From positions 23,093 to 87,092 of the forward strand of contig DATCJA010000022.1 of NCBI GenBank assembly GCA_036507475.1: a stretch of DNA of 64,000 nt, in the 5' to 3' direction. The notes under the pieces are model-generated. The model ran no database searches, had not been told where the DNA came from, and saw only the letters and a program-made list of their open reading frames with translations. Below, one piece after another: positions 1 through 9,600 of this stretch. Position 1 is the first letter of the stretch, and every line of letters begins with the position of its first letter. The position numbers were made by a program, and so were the translations under genes. This stretch comes from Vicinamibacterales bacterium (GTDB taxonomy: Bacteria; Acidobacteriota; Vicinamibacteria; Vicinamibacterales; UBA2999).

Positions 1-215
1 TCTTCGGCGCGCGCGATATCGATGAAGCCGGGCCGCCGCTGCGGGATCTCGATGTCGCGCATCGCCTGGAGAGGCACGCGCACGAGGAAGCGCACGCGCT
101 GCCCTTCGGGCTTCAGGAATGCCTGAACGATGATGTCGTTGGGGATGTCGTGCGCAACCGCGCGCACGGGTAGCGCAAGGACCAGTGGCAGTGCGATCGC
201 AGCAACAACACGCAC
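1..215 (-). CDS. hypothetical secreted protein, N-terminal part (gene runs off left edge)
   Basis: Manual minus-strand translation from GTG at 215-213: MRVVAAIALPLVLALPVRAVAHDIPNDIIVQAFLKPEGQRVRFLVRVPLQAMRDIEIPQRRPGFIDIARAE... The N-terminus looks like a signal peptide. It lies 14 nt downstream of the PQQ dehydrogenase stop. Absent from the ORF track because it is truncated. Confidence 0.35.
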   Translation of the reverse strand, partial: MRVVAAIALPLVLALPVRAVAHDIPNDIIVQAFLKPEGQRVRFLVRVPLQAMRDIEIPQRRPGFIDIARAE

Positions 216-229
216 AAAAGCTACCGACC

Positions 230-2284
230 CTAACGGAGCTGCGCGGTCGTCGTCGCTTCCCGCGGCAGGCGGAACGCCACGAGCTCGCTGCTGTAGTTGC
301 CGCCGCCGATCGCCACGATCAGATACTGTCGCCCGTTCAGCATGTACGTCATCGGCGATCCGGTCTGCGGGGCCGGCACATACACGGCGCCCACTTCCTG
401 CCCGGTCGCCTTGTCGTAGGCACGCAGCATCGCGCCGCGCTGGCCAGAAGGCGTCGTGAAGAATCCGCCCTCGCCGGCGATCAGCAGCGACTTGGTCGCG
501 AGCACGCCGATGCGGCCGATCCGGCCGGTTCGCGGGATGTTCACCCCTTTGAGCGCGGGATGGTTGCGGATGTTGTCCGGCGTCTCGCCGTGAGCGATCT
601 GCCAAACCATGTCGCCCTTGTTGAGATCGATCGCGGTAATGCGCCCGTACGGCGGCTTCACGAGGGGAAGCCCCTGAACCGTCAACGCCGGAGGTCCCGC
701 CTCTTCGCCTGCGGCGCCGGCAGCCGGCAGCGGACGTGGCGGAGCGGCCGGATCCGACGCGGTCCCACGGACGTACGCCATGTCCGAACGTTTCCCGTCC
801 GACGCCACGAGACCAAGCTGCGCAATCTGCGTAATCGAATAGACGTAGAGGACGTTCGTGTCCGGATCGAGCGATCCGCCGTACCAGTTCACGCCACCGG
901 TCGTCGACGGCATCATCAGCGTCGCCAGCGGGCCCTCCCACCGGCTGACTACGGGAGGCGTGAACAGCGGACCGATCTTGTAGCGCGACACCATCTTCAC
1001 CGCTTCCGCGCGCAGCTCGGGGGTGAAGTCGATCAGATCGTCGATCGTCACGCCCTGCCGGTCGAAGGCGGGTGGTTTCGTGACGAACGGCTGCGTCGGG
1101 CTGGTCTTCTCCATCGGGATGATCGACTGCTCCACGGCGCGCTCTTCGATAGGCCAGACCGGCTGACCGTTGGTGCGATCAAGCACGTATATCCAGCCTT
1201 GCTTGGTAGGCTGAGCGAGCGCCTTGATCATCCGCCCGTTGACCACGATGTCGGCGAGGATCGGGGCGCACGGAATGTCGAAATCCCAGATGCCGTGGTG
1301 GACAAGCTGATAATGCCAGCGCTTCTTTCCCGTTTTCAGCTCGACGGCCACGATGCTCTCGCCGTAGAGCCCGTTACCGGGCCGATGGCCACCGTAATAG
1401 TCACCGGTCGGCAGCTCGACTGGCAGATAGGCGAGCCCCAGTTCCTCGTCGACGCTCATCTGGGCCCACACACCGGCATTGCCCGAGGTGGCAGCAGACG
1501 TCCCCTCCCAGGTCTCGACACCGGCCTCACCCGGCGTCGGGATTGTATGGAAGATCCACAACCGCTTGCCGGTCCGAACGTCGAAGCCGCGGACGTAGCC
1601 GTTGTCGTTGTCCCGGCGCCGGGGAATGCTGCCGGGCAGATGCGCCGCGCCGATGATCACCACGTCGCCCGCAATCACGGGCGCTGCGTGCAGGCCGATC
1701 TCGCCGGTCACGGGATCCATGTCCTGATCGTCGTCCAGCTTGAGATCCACGATGCCGTTCCTGCCGAAGCGCGGGATGGGCCGTCCGGTCTTGGCATCGA
1801 GCGCCATCATCTGGTAGCCAGGTGTCACGTACACGATCCGCGCTTCGCGTCCGTCGGTCCAGTACGCCAGGCCGCGGCCCGAGAGCTGACGCGGCGCCGA
1901 CTCGCCGCGCTTGCCTTCGTTCAGACTGTGCATCCACAGCATCTCGCCGGTCGCGGCATCGAGAGCCACGACGGCACGGCGGGTGCCGCCGGTGCTGTAC
2001 AGCACGCCGCCCACCATGAGCGGCGTCGACTGCAGGTTGAATTCGGGCCTGGGCCCCAGCGCGTCAGTCTTGAAACGCCAGGCGACTTCGAGCTTCGAAA
2101 AGTTGTCCTTGTTGATCTGATCGAGCGGCGCGTAGCGCGTGTTCCGCAGGTCGCCGCCGTAGGTGCGCCATTCGCCGTTCGGCGCCCCAATTCGCGCAGG
2201 AGCATTCTGCTGGCCGAACGTTGAGATGGATCCAACGGAAAGTACCGCAATAGCCAGCGCCGAGCCAAAACGGCCCTTCGTCAT
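230..2284 (-). CDS. PQQ-dependent (quinoprotein) dehydrogenase, secreted
   Basis: 684-aa ORF with a signal peptide and repeated propeller W-motifs (LDAATGEMLW, ALDAKTGRP, GFDVRTGKRLW, AVELKTGKKRW, VLDRTNGQPVW, AIDLNKGDMVW, AYDKATGQEV). These are typical of quinoprotein alcohol/glucose dehydrogenases. Confidence 0.85.
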   Translation of the reverse strand: MTKGRFGSALAIAVLSVGSISTFGQQNAPARIGAPNGEWRTYGGDLRNTRYAPLDQINKDNFSKLEVAWRFKTDALGPRPEFNLQSTPLMVGGVLYSTGGTRRAVVALDAATGEMLWMHSLNEGKRGESAPRQLSGRGLAYWTDGREARIVYVTPGYQMMALDAKTGRPIPRFGRNGIVDLKLDDDQDMDPVTGEIGLHAAPVIAGDVVIIGAAHLPGSIPRRRDNDNGYVRGFDVRTGKRLWIFHTIPTPGEAGVETWEGTSAATSGNAGVWAQMSVDEELGLAYLPVELPTGDYYGGHRPGNGLYGESIVAVELKTGKKRWHYQLVHHGIWDFDIPCAPILADIVVNGRMIKALAQPTKQGWIYVLDRTNGQPVWPIEERAVEQSIIPMEKTSPTQPFVTKPPAFDRQGVTIDDLIDFTPELRAEAVKMVSRYKIGPLFTPPVVSRWEGPLATLMMPSTTGGVNWYGGSLDPDTNVLYVYSITQIAQLGLVASDGKRSDMAYVRGTASDPAAPPRPLPAAGAAGEEAGPPALTVQGLPLVKPPYGRITAIDLNKGDMVWQIAHGETPDNIRNHPALKGVNIPRTGRIGRIGVLATKSLLIAGEGGFFTTPSGQRGAMLRAYDKATGQEVGAVYVPAPQTGSPMTYMLNGRQYLIVAIGGGNYSSELVAFRLPREATTTAQLR

Positions 2285-2323
2285 GACGTCCTCCTCGCCA
2301 CTGGAATTCCTACGGCGCCGATT

Positions 2324-3343
2324 CTACGTCGTTTTTCGAATCCTGACGCGTCCAACCTTGTTGACGCCGCTGTAGGCCAGCAGGAGACTGCCGTCCGGTG
2401 CAGTGACCATGTGCCGCACCACGCCTCCGCCGTTCGGTATATTCCACTTCTGGAACGTCCTGGTGGCAGGGTCGAAACGCACCAGCGTATTCGGCGAGAT
2501 ACCGGATTCGCTGTACCAGACTGCACCGTCTGACGTGGTCGTGATGCCGTACGGCAGCGACGCCCGTCCGCCCGGCGACACGAACTCCTGCACCTGCTTG
2601 GTCTTCAGATCGAGACGCCCGAGATAGCCGCGCGAGAAGTCCGTGTACCACACGATGTCATGAGCGTCCACGGCAATCCGCCGGGGCCGCGCGCCTTCCG
2701 GCAGCGTGTACTCAGTGATTTCCATCGTCTTCGGATCGATCGTGCCGATACTGTTCCGACCAAACAAGTCGAACACCGGCGTGCCGTTCGACAGGACGAC
2801 GATGCCGTACGGAGCCGCGCGTGGCCCGGCCGGTTGCTTGAGGGTGACAACGCCCGTCTTCGGATCGAGCCTTCCGACGAAGTTGCCGCCCTGCACCGTA
2901 AACCACAGGACGCCGCTCTGGTCGAAGATCGGCGTGTGCGGATCGCGCGCCGCCGGATTAGGCATCGTGTACTCAGTGACCTGTCCAGTCTTCGGATCGA
3001 GCTTCCCAATCAAGCCAGCCGCGTTGCCCGTGTACCAGATGTTGCCTTCGCGATCGGATACCAAACCGTGGGGACCATGTTGTCCGGGCAGCGGAAATTC
3101 GCGAACCTGTCCCGTGTTCATGTCGACGCGCCCCAGAGTATTCGCCCGCTGGCCCGTGTACCAGAGACTGCGGCCATCGACACCAAACGCCGGGTCGTGT
3201 GGATGCGCATTGGGCGTTGTCGTAGCCCATTCGGTGAACTCCACGTCGACTTTTCCCGCGCCCTGCCCTTGGAGCTGTGGCGACACGACCGTACACCACG
3301 CCGCAGCAACAGCGATCCACGTGAACCGGTGTAAACGGATCAT
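2324..3343 (-). CDS. secreted beta-propeller protein, virginiamycin B lyase (Vgb)-like repeats
   Basis: 339-aa ORF with a signal peptide and repeated ~40-aa units ending in WYT/WFT/WYS (GRSLWYTG, GNIWYTG, GVLWFTV, DIVWYTD, GAVWYSE), as in Vgb-type propellers. Confidence 0.55.
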   Translation of the reverse strand: MIRLHRFTWIAVAAAWCTVVSPQLQGQGAGKVDVEFTEWATTTPNAHPHDPAFGVDGRSLWYTGQRANTLGRVDMNTGQVREFPLPGQHGPHGLVSDREGNIWYTGNAAGLIGKLDPKTGQVTEYTMPNPAARDPHTPIFDQSGVLWFTVQGGNFVGRLDPKTGVVTLKQPAGPRAAPYGIVVLSNGTPVFDLFGRNSIGTIDPKTMEITEYTLPEGARPRRIAVDAHDIVWYTDFSRGYLGRLDLKTKQVQEFVSPGGRASLPYGITTTSDGAVWYSESGISPNTLVRFDPATRTFQKWNIPNGGGVVRHMVTAPDGSLLLAYSGVNKVGRVRIRKTT

Positions 3344-3360
3344 GACTCCTCCTATTGGCG

Positions 3361-5070
3361 CTACTGCGCCGTTTCTGCCAGCAACTGTTCGGCCGTCACG
3401 AAGCGCGGCTCGATGTCGACCGGCACAGCCTTCAGCCGGTCGAGCACTGTCTGCACAGGGGGTCTGACCACGGCGAGCTTTTCGATCATCTGCGTGGCGT
3501 CGGTGTAGCCGCCGAGCGCCTGGAGCGTCAGGATGTCGCGCGTCAGGCTGTTCACGTTCTCGCGAATGCGCGTCGCGTTCACGGCAAAGGTGCCGTCCGG
3601 CGCAACCATGACGCCGCCGTTGTCCAGAAAGTAGTTGAGCTGCATGGCCACGCCGCGGCCGTGGGCCTCGTTGATGCCGAATCTAATCGATCGGAACATC
3701 GACGCCAAATAGGTCGTGTACATCGTCTGTCCGAGCGCCTTGTCCAGCTTGCCGCGATCGACGAGGAAATGGAGCGCAAAGAGGCCGGAGACATCGGCCT
3801 TCGCTTCTTCAATCGCACTGTACGTTTCTTTCAGCTCCTGCCGCACGGTCGTTGTGCGGCTGCCAACCGTGATGTTGTGCGGGCCGAGGCCGTGCATCAG
3901 CTCGTGCATCAGGATGTGCGTGAAGAACGCATCGAAGGAGACATTCGGTTGATCTGCCGCTGCAAGGGCTACCTTCGCGATTGGCTGCAGCACCGTGCGA
4001 AACTTGGCTTCCTGGTTGTTCTTCAGCATCACGCGCTTGCTGCCCTTCTCGGCAATCACGCGCTCGTCGTTCGGCAGGTTGAAGGCTGCGGTCTGCACGC
4101 CGCGGTTCGCATCGCCTGAGGAGAACACGGTATTGACGACGCGGATGGGCGCCATGGTCCCGAGCTTCGGATTGCGGTGTTTCGGGTCGATCGGCAGGTT
4201 GTTCTCGATGTCTTGCAATTCGGACCCGAAGCGTGCCAGCTTGGCGGACTCGGCCTCGTCGCGAACCGTAATGAACGCCTCGAATGCCGCCTTGTAGTTG
4301 AACCACTCGTCCTCGTACACCTCGTACGGACCAATCGTCGGCTCGATGCTGGCATCGAGCTCCATCCAGGCGACGTCGCTCGCATAGTAGTCGTTCGTGA
4401 GCAGCGCGTCTGCGCGAGCGTCGAGGTATTTCTTCAGCGTCGGCTGCGTCGTCAGTGCCGACGCCTCGCGGAGGAGCGCTGCGACCTGTCCGAGCTCAGC
4501 CTGATACTCGAGGCTGTATGGCACCGCGGTAAGACGACCGTCAGGTCCGCGCCGGATCGTGGTGAAGAAGCCAGTGGCACGCGCGCGCTCGGCTGACGGC
4601 AACGCGCTGATCCACCTCTCGATCTCTTCCTTCGTGGAGTCAGGAGGATAAAAGCTGCCTTGCGGCGGCTTTGGCGGGGCTCCGGGAACAAAGGATTCGT
4701 TGTGATCGAGACGCGACCAGGGCCCCTTGTTGACGAGGAAAGAGTGCAGTCGCGCCTGGCCGAGCTCCGACAAGTCCCGAGCCAGCGTGAGGAGCATCGA
4801 TTCGTTGCCGGCCCATGCCTGCCGCAGGAACAGCGCGTCGAATAACTTTGCCGCTTCAACCAATTTGGCAAGTGCCTGCCGCTCGTTCGTCGGCAGCGGC
4901 GAAACGTCGGCTGTGAGGTCGACCGGCGCGAAGCGCGCGGTCATGGATCGAAGCTGCTGTGCCATGGGATCCGTCTGAGGTTGTGCACTCCGTTGGGCCT
5001 GCTGCTGGCCACGACACGCGAAGCCCGCCAGAGCCGACGCGAGGGCGATGAATACGACGACTCTGCGCAT
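3361..5070 (-). CDS. DPP III-like (M49-related) zinc metallopeptidase, secreted
   Basis: The ORF track frame runs 3361..5337. I set the start at ATG 5070-5068 (MRRVVVFIALASALAGFACRG, lipoprotein-like signal), which overlaps the upstream stop as TGATG. HExxH motif in FFTHILMHELMHGLGPH and a downstream IEEAKADVSG. Confidence 0.6.
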   Translation of the reverse strand: MRRVVVFIALASALAGFACRGQQQAQRSAQPQTDPMAQQLRSMTARFAPVDLTADVSPLPTNERQALAKLVEAAKLFDALFLRQAWAGNESMLLTLARDLSELGQARLHSFLVNKGPWSRLDHNESFVPGAPPKPPQGSFYPPDSTKEEIERWISALPSAERARATGFFTTIRRGPDGRLTAVPYSLEYQAELGQVAALLREASALTTQPTLKKYLDARADALLTNDYYASDVAWMELDASIEPTIGPYEVYEDEWFNYKAAFEAFITVRDEAESAKLARFGSELQDIENNLPIDPKHRNPKLGTMAPIRVVNTVFSSGDANRGVQTAAFNLPNDERVIAEKGSKRVMLKNNQEAKFRTVLQPIAKVALAAADQPNVSFDAFFTHILMHELMHGLGPHNITVGSRTTTVRQELKETYSAIEEAKADVSGLFALHFLVDRGKLDKALGQTMYTTYLASMFRSIRFGINEAHGRGVAMQLNYFLDNGGVMVAPDGTFAVNATRIRENVNSLTRDILTLQALGGYTDATQMIEKLAVVRPPVQTVLDRLKAVPVDIEPRFVTAEQLLAETAQ

Positions 5071-5621
5071 CAATGCACGCCGGAGCTCGTCTGAAACGCG
5101 GCTGGATCGGCGCCGAGTCGCCGGATGGCCGTTTCCCACATCTCTTCCGGCGGCACGCCGAAAATGAGACCGGCGTCGACGTCGGTGGTGAGCCACGCTG
5201 ATTCGGCAAGCTCCTTGTCCAGTTGTCCCGGTCCCCATCCCGCGTATCCAACAATGACCCGTGTGCGCGGCGCCGGCGGCGCCTGAAGGAGCTGCAGCGT
5301 GAGCTCGTGGGATACCGACAGGAGCACCCCGGGACAAATTTCGCGCTGCTCGTCATCAGGTCCCTGTGCGTCGGACATGAGCACCCACGCACGCTGAAGA
5401 TCAACCGGTCCTCCCATCCAGAGCCGGAGGTCCGGGTTGACGCGAATCGGTGGCTTGGTCTTGATCAACTGCCAGGCAGGCTCCGGCAACCGTCGGTTGA
5501 CAACGAGCCCGAACGCACCCTGATCCGTGTAGTCACAGAGCAGCACAACAGTGCGCGCGAAGTTGGGATCGGCCATCTGTGGCATCGACACGAGAAGGAT
5601 GGGTGCGGTATCGCCGGCCAT
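5070..5621 (-). CDS. YqgE/AlgH family protein (UPF0301)
   Basis: 183-aa ORF. MPQMADPNFARTVVLLCDYTDQGAFGLVVNR...GGPV... matches the family pattern. Confidence 0.8.
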   Translation of the reverse strand: MAGDTAPILLVSMPQMADPNFARTVVLLCDYTDQGAFGLVVNRRLPEPAWQLIKTKPPIRVNPDLRLWMGGPVDLQRAWVLMSDAQGPDDEQREICPGVLLSVSHELTLQLLQAPPAPRTRVIVGYAGWGPGQLDKELAESAWLTTDVDAGLIFGVPPEEMWETAIRRLGADPAAFQTSSGVH

Positions 5622-5642
5622 AAGGAATGTTACCTCGACGCG

Positions 5643-6707
5643 CTACTTTGCATTTTGCATCTTACATTTTGAATTCCGTTCCGTCGCCCAGCGGACATGT
5701 TCGCGAACCATTGGATCGCGAGCTGATGGGCGTTCGTCGCTCCCCTCGACAAGTGCGGCCACGGCTGCGGTCTGGTGAGTATTTCCGATGGCCACAGCGA
5801 GATTGCGGCGCAAGCCGATCAGTTTCGCGCGCGTCATCGCGCTTCCTTTCGTGAGCGCACGCAATTCGTTGTCGGACCGCAGCCAGAGATCGACAAGCCG
5901 CGGCATGTCGAGGCCGGGTCGCGGCTGCCATGCCGTCTCATCCGACTGGGGCGACGCTTGGTTGTACGGACAGACATCCTGGCAGATATCACACCCGTAC
6001 ACGTGGTTCCCCAGCATCGCGCGAAATTGTTCGGGAATTCCGCGCTTCAGCTCGATGGTCAGGTAGGACACACACCGCGTTGCGTCGAGCACACCAGGCT
6101 CGACCAGCGCTCCAGTAGGACACGCGTCGAGGCAACGGGTGCAGGAGCCGCACTGGTCGACACCGGGAGTGTCGGGCTCGAGCGGCAGCGTGCAGATGAT
6201 CTCGGACAGGAACAGCCAGGAACCGAGGTCCTGGTTGATGAGGCAGGTGTTCTTGCCGATCCATCCCATACCCGCGTGCTGCGCATAGACGCGCTCCTGC
6301 ACGGGGCCGGTATCAACATACGCGCGGGCATCGAAGGGGTGTGGTGACTCCGCACGCATCCATGACAACAGCAGGTCCAGCCGTGCCTTCAACACCTCGT
6401 GATAATCGTCACCCCAGGCATATCGGGAAATGGACGCGTTGTCATCGGCCGGTGCATCGGAATACGGGGGAACCGTGTTGTACACGGTGCCGGTCACGAT
6501 GACGCTCCGCGCGCCTGGCACGACGGCTCGCACGTCGGCTCGGCGATCGGCCGACCGTGCCATGTACGCCATTTCGCCGGCGTACCCCCGGCTCAGCCAT
6601 TCGCGAAGAAACGCCAGCTCGGGAAAGCTTTCAGCGGATGCAACTCCACACAGATCGAATCCGAGCTCGCGCGCTTTGGTCTTGATGGCGGCGGACGTCA
6701 GCGCCAT
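5643..6707 (-). CDS. queG: tRNA epoxyqueuosine(34) reductase
   Basis: 354-aa ORF. N-terminus AIKTKARELGFDLCGVA, two ferredoxin-type clusters (CGSCTRCLDACP, CDICQDVCP) and C-terminal HEAT-like repeats. The last 10 codons (NSKCKMQNAK) are encoded by a B-family repeat arm. Confidence 0.85.
   Translation of the reverse strand: MALTSAAIKTKARELGFDLCGVASAESFPELAFLREWLSRGYAGEMAYMARSADRRADVRAVVPGARSVIVTGTVYNTVPPYSDAPADDNASISRYAWGDDYHEVLKARLDLLLSWMRAESPHPFDARAYVDTGPVQERVYAQHAGMGWIGKNTCLINQDLGSWLFLSEIICTLPLEPDTPGVDQCGSCTRCLDACPTGALVEPGVLDATRCVSYLTIELKRGIPEQFRAMLGNHVYGCDICQDVCPYNQASPQSDETAWQPRPGLDMPRLVDLWLRSDNELRALTKGSAMTRAKLIGLRRNLAVAIGNTHQTAAVAALVEGSDERPSARDPMVREHVRWATERNSKCKMQNAK
5647..5675. repeat. 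B-family (TGCAAAA heptamer) periodic arm, single copy of the arm, inside the queG 3' end
   Basis: TTTGCATTTTGCATCTTACATTTTGAATT. Compare the 20826-20853 arm TTTGAATTTTGCATTTTGCATTTTGCAT. Confidence 0.7.
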
Positions 6708-6745
6708 ACCGTCACAATATCAACTTCCAACCACTCCCCAATGGG

Positions 6746-6771
6746 CCATGGAGTCACGGAGACACAGAGAA
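6746..6771. repeat. A-family (CACGGAGA octamer) periodic arm, single
   Basis: CCATGGAGTCACGGAGACACAGAGAA differs at 1 of 26 positions from 13263-13288. Confidence 0.75.
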
Positions 6772-6841
6772 CACTTGGGCCGCTGGATCTCGAAGCGGGC
6801 CGGTCGGGCCATCGGTGTAAGATTCCCACGCTCCGCGTCGC

Positions 6842-9600
6842 ATGATCGGCACGCAGCTTCTGCACTACGAGATCGAGGCCCACCTCGGCACGGGCGGCAT
6901 GGCGAAGTGTACCGCGCGCGACACGCGACACGCGGCTCGGGCGCCAGGTAGCCATCAAGATCCTTCCCGAGCTCTTCGCAGCCGATCCCGACCGCGTGGC
7001 CCGCTTCGAGCGCGAAGCGAGGCTTCTGGCCTCGCTGAACCACCCGAACACGCCTCGCTCCACCGCCTCAAGTCGTCGGAGCAACGGCTCTTCCTCGTGA
7101 TGGAGCTGGTCGAGGGAGACACGCTCGCCGAGCGCCTGTCACAGCTAGGGCGGGTTCCGCCGAGCAGCGGCGAAGGTGTGCGAGGCGGACCCGCCGAAGT
7201 CACCGGCCTCCGGATCGACGAGGCGCTGAGCTACGCACGTCAGATCGCCGAAGCGCTCGAGGCGGCGCCACGAGAAGGGCGTGATCCACCGGGACCTCAA
7301 GCCGGCGAACGTGAAGGTCACACCGGACGGCAAAGTGAAAGTGCTCGACTTCGGGCTCGCCAAAGCACTCGAGGGCGAGGCGGCCGCCGCCAACGTCTCG
7401 AACTCCCCCACGCTCAGCGTAGCCGCCACGCGCATGGGCGTGACACTCGGCACCGCAGCTTACATGGCGCCCGAGCAGGCCAAGGGGAAGGCGGTCGACA
7501 AGCGCGCCGACATCTGGAGCTTCGGCTGTGTGCTCTTCGAGCTGCTCAGCGGCCGGTCACCGTTTGGCGGCGAGACGGTGTCGGAAACGCTGGCCGACGT
7601 CATCAAGTCCGAGCCTCCGTGGGACGCGCCGCCGCCCGGCCTCCCGTCGCGCGTCGCCACCGTCCTCAAGCGATGCCTCGAGAAGGATCCGAGCCGCCGC
7701 GTGCGCGACATCGGCGACGTGCGTCTGGCGCTGGACGGCGCCTTCGACGCGCCGATGGAGGCAGCGCAGGCGCACGCCCCCGCGGCGCGCCCGGTGCCGT
7801 TCTGGCGGCGCGCCCTCCCGTTGGCGGCCACCGCTCTCGTCGTTGCGGCGATCTCCGCCGCCGTCGCCTGGGGCGTGCGTCCAGCACCTTTGCGTCCATC
7901 ACACGCTTCTCGATTGTGCTGTCCGATAGCCAGCAGTTGACGCGAACCGGACGCCACAACATCGCCGTGTCGCCCGACGGCCAGAACATCGCGTACGTTG
8001 CGGACAGTCAGCTCTATCTCCGCGGGATGGGCGATGTCGAGGCACGGCCGATTGCGGGCACGAATCAGGACATCAACACGCCGTTCTTCTCGCCCAATGG
8101 CCAGTGGATTGGGTTCCAGGCCGTGCCTGAGGGCAAGCTGAAGAAGATCGCGATCACCGGCGGCGCGTCGGTGACCATCGCTGACGTCACCAACCCATTC
8201 GGCGCCAGTTGGGAGCTCGACGATCGGATCCTCGTCGGCCAGGGCGGGCAGGGCATCGTGCGCGTCTCCGCCAACGGCGGCACGCCGGAGACGATCGTCA
8301 AGGTCGAGGCCGGGGAGTTCGCCCATGGACCGCAGATGCTCCCCGACGGCGAGCACGTGCTGTTCACCGTGGCAAAGGGCACCGGCGCAACGCGCTGGGA
8401 TGAGGCGCAAATCGTCGTCCAGTCGCTGCGATCAGGTGGGCGCACGGTACTGATCAACGGCGGGAGCGACGCGCGCTACGTCCCGACCGGGCACATCGTC
8501 TACGCGTTGGGCACGAATCTGTTGGCGGTACCGTTCGATGAGCGGTCTGTGACCGTGACTGGTGGTCCCGTCCCCATCCTCGAGGGGATCGGACGGTCGC
8601 TGCCGAACAACACCGCAGCCATGTTCTTCAGCTTTTCACCAAGTGGGGCGCTGGCGTATTTCGTGGGCGTCGACCGGACCAATCGCAGTCTGGCGCTGGT
8701 CGATCGGAAGGGCGAATCCGTGGCGCTGCCGATGCCGCCGTTACCCTACGCGGATCCTCGTATTTCGCCGGACGGCAAGCAGCTTGCGATCGGGGTCGCG
8801 GAAGAAAACGAGTCGAACATCTGGATATACGATCTGGCCGGCGCACTGGCGCCGCGCCGGCTGACATTTGGGGGCACGAATTTCTCGCCCGCCTGGACGC
8901 CGGACGGCCGGCGAATCGCCTTCATCTCCAACCGCGACGACAATCTCAACGCCATCTTCTGGCAGCCCGCCAATGGCTCCGGATCGGCTGAGCGCCTGAC
9001 CGACCCGAAGGCGGCACAACTGACATCTCTTCGCCTTTCGGCAGATGGAAAGATCGTCTATCGCGATGCGCGCGGCGAGGGCAGCATCTGGACGTTGCCT
9101 CTCGAGGGCGACCGGAAACCACAACTTGTCATCGATGGCCCGGGAAACCAGATCCACGCCAACCTCTCACCCGATGGATGCTGGATGGTCTATTCGTCCA
9201 CTGAGTCCGGCCGTATCGAAGTGTATGTGCAACCCTTTCCGCCGACCGGCGCGAATTACCAAATCACGACGACCGAGGCCTTCGATCCGCTTTGGTCTCC
9301 GGACGGGAGACAAATCTTCTACCTGGAAGCACAAGGCAACAACCTTGCTGGGCTCACATCGGTTGATGTACGAACCGAGCCGGGGGCTTTGCCTACGCCA
9401 ATCCCACTCGCGTCTCCGAAGCGGTGTCGCTCGTTGCGGGCGGAGCGTGGCCCTACGACGTAACGCCGGACGGCCGGCAGTTTATCGTCTTGCTTCGCGG
9501 CGAGGATGCCAATCAGGGGGCTGCGGCCAACCACGAGATCCGCGTGACGCTCAACTGGTTCGAGGAGCTGCGGCAGCGGGTGCCGCGCGGGGCCCGCTGA
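6842..9600 (+). pseudogene. Ser/Thr protein kinase fused to TolB-like beta-propeller, disrupted by about 6 frameshifts
   Basis: Kinase motifs are split over all three frames.
- Frame of 6842: [20 protein letters not shown], then [15 protein letters not shown]...ARQIAEALEAA, then propeller repeats from about 7890.
- Manual reads: GEVYRAR (6901-6921) and [41 protein letters not shown] (6927-7049).
- Frame of 7281: HEKGVIHRDLKPANVKV, DFGLAK, APE.
- Last ~70 codons (GFAYANPTRV...VTLNWFEELRQRVPRGAR*) are in another frame, ending at TGA 9598-9600. Confidence 0.75.

Noticed and set aside
185-2224. 679-aa plus-strand ORF overlapping the PQQ dehydrogenase gene
   Set aside because: It is antisense to a gene with unmistakable quinoprotein motifs. 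Its translation is Arg/Ala/Gly/His-rich low-complexity sequence typical of spurious antisense ORFs in GC-rich DNA.
6842-9600. Programmed ribosomal frameshifting or homopolymer phase variation in the kinase gene
   Set aside because: There are six independent disruptions of different kinds, including a 7-nt tandem duplication. No slippery heptamer or stimulatory structure is present at the sites, and the homopolymers are only 2-5 nt long. Pseudogene or assembly error is more parsimonious.
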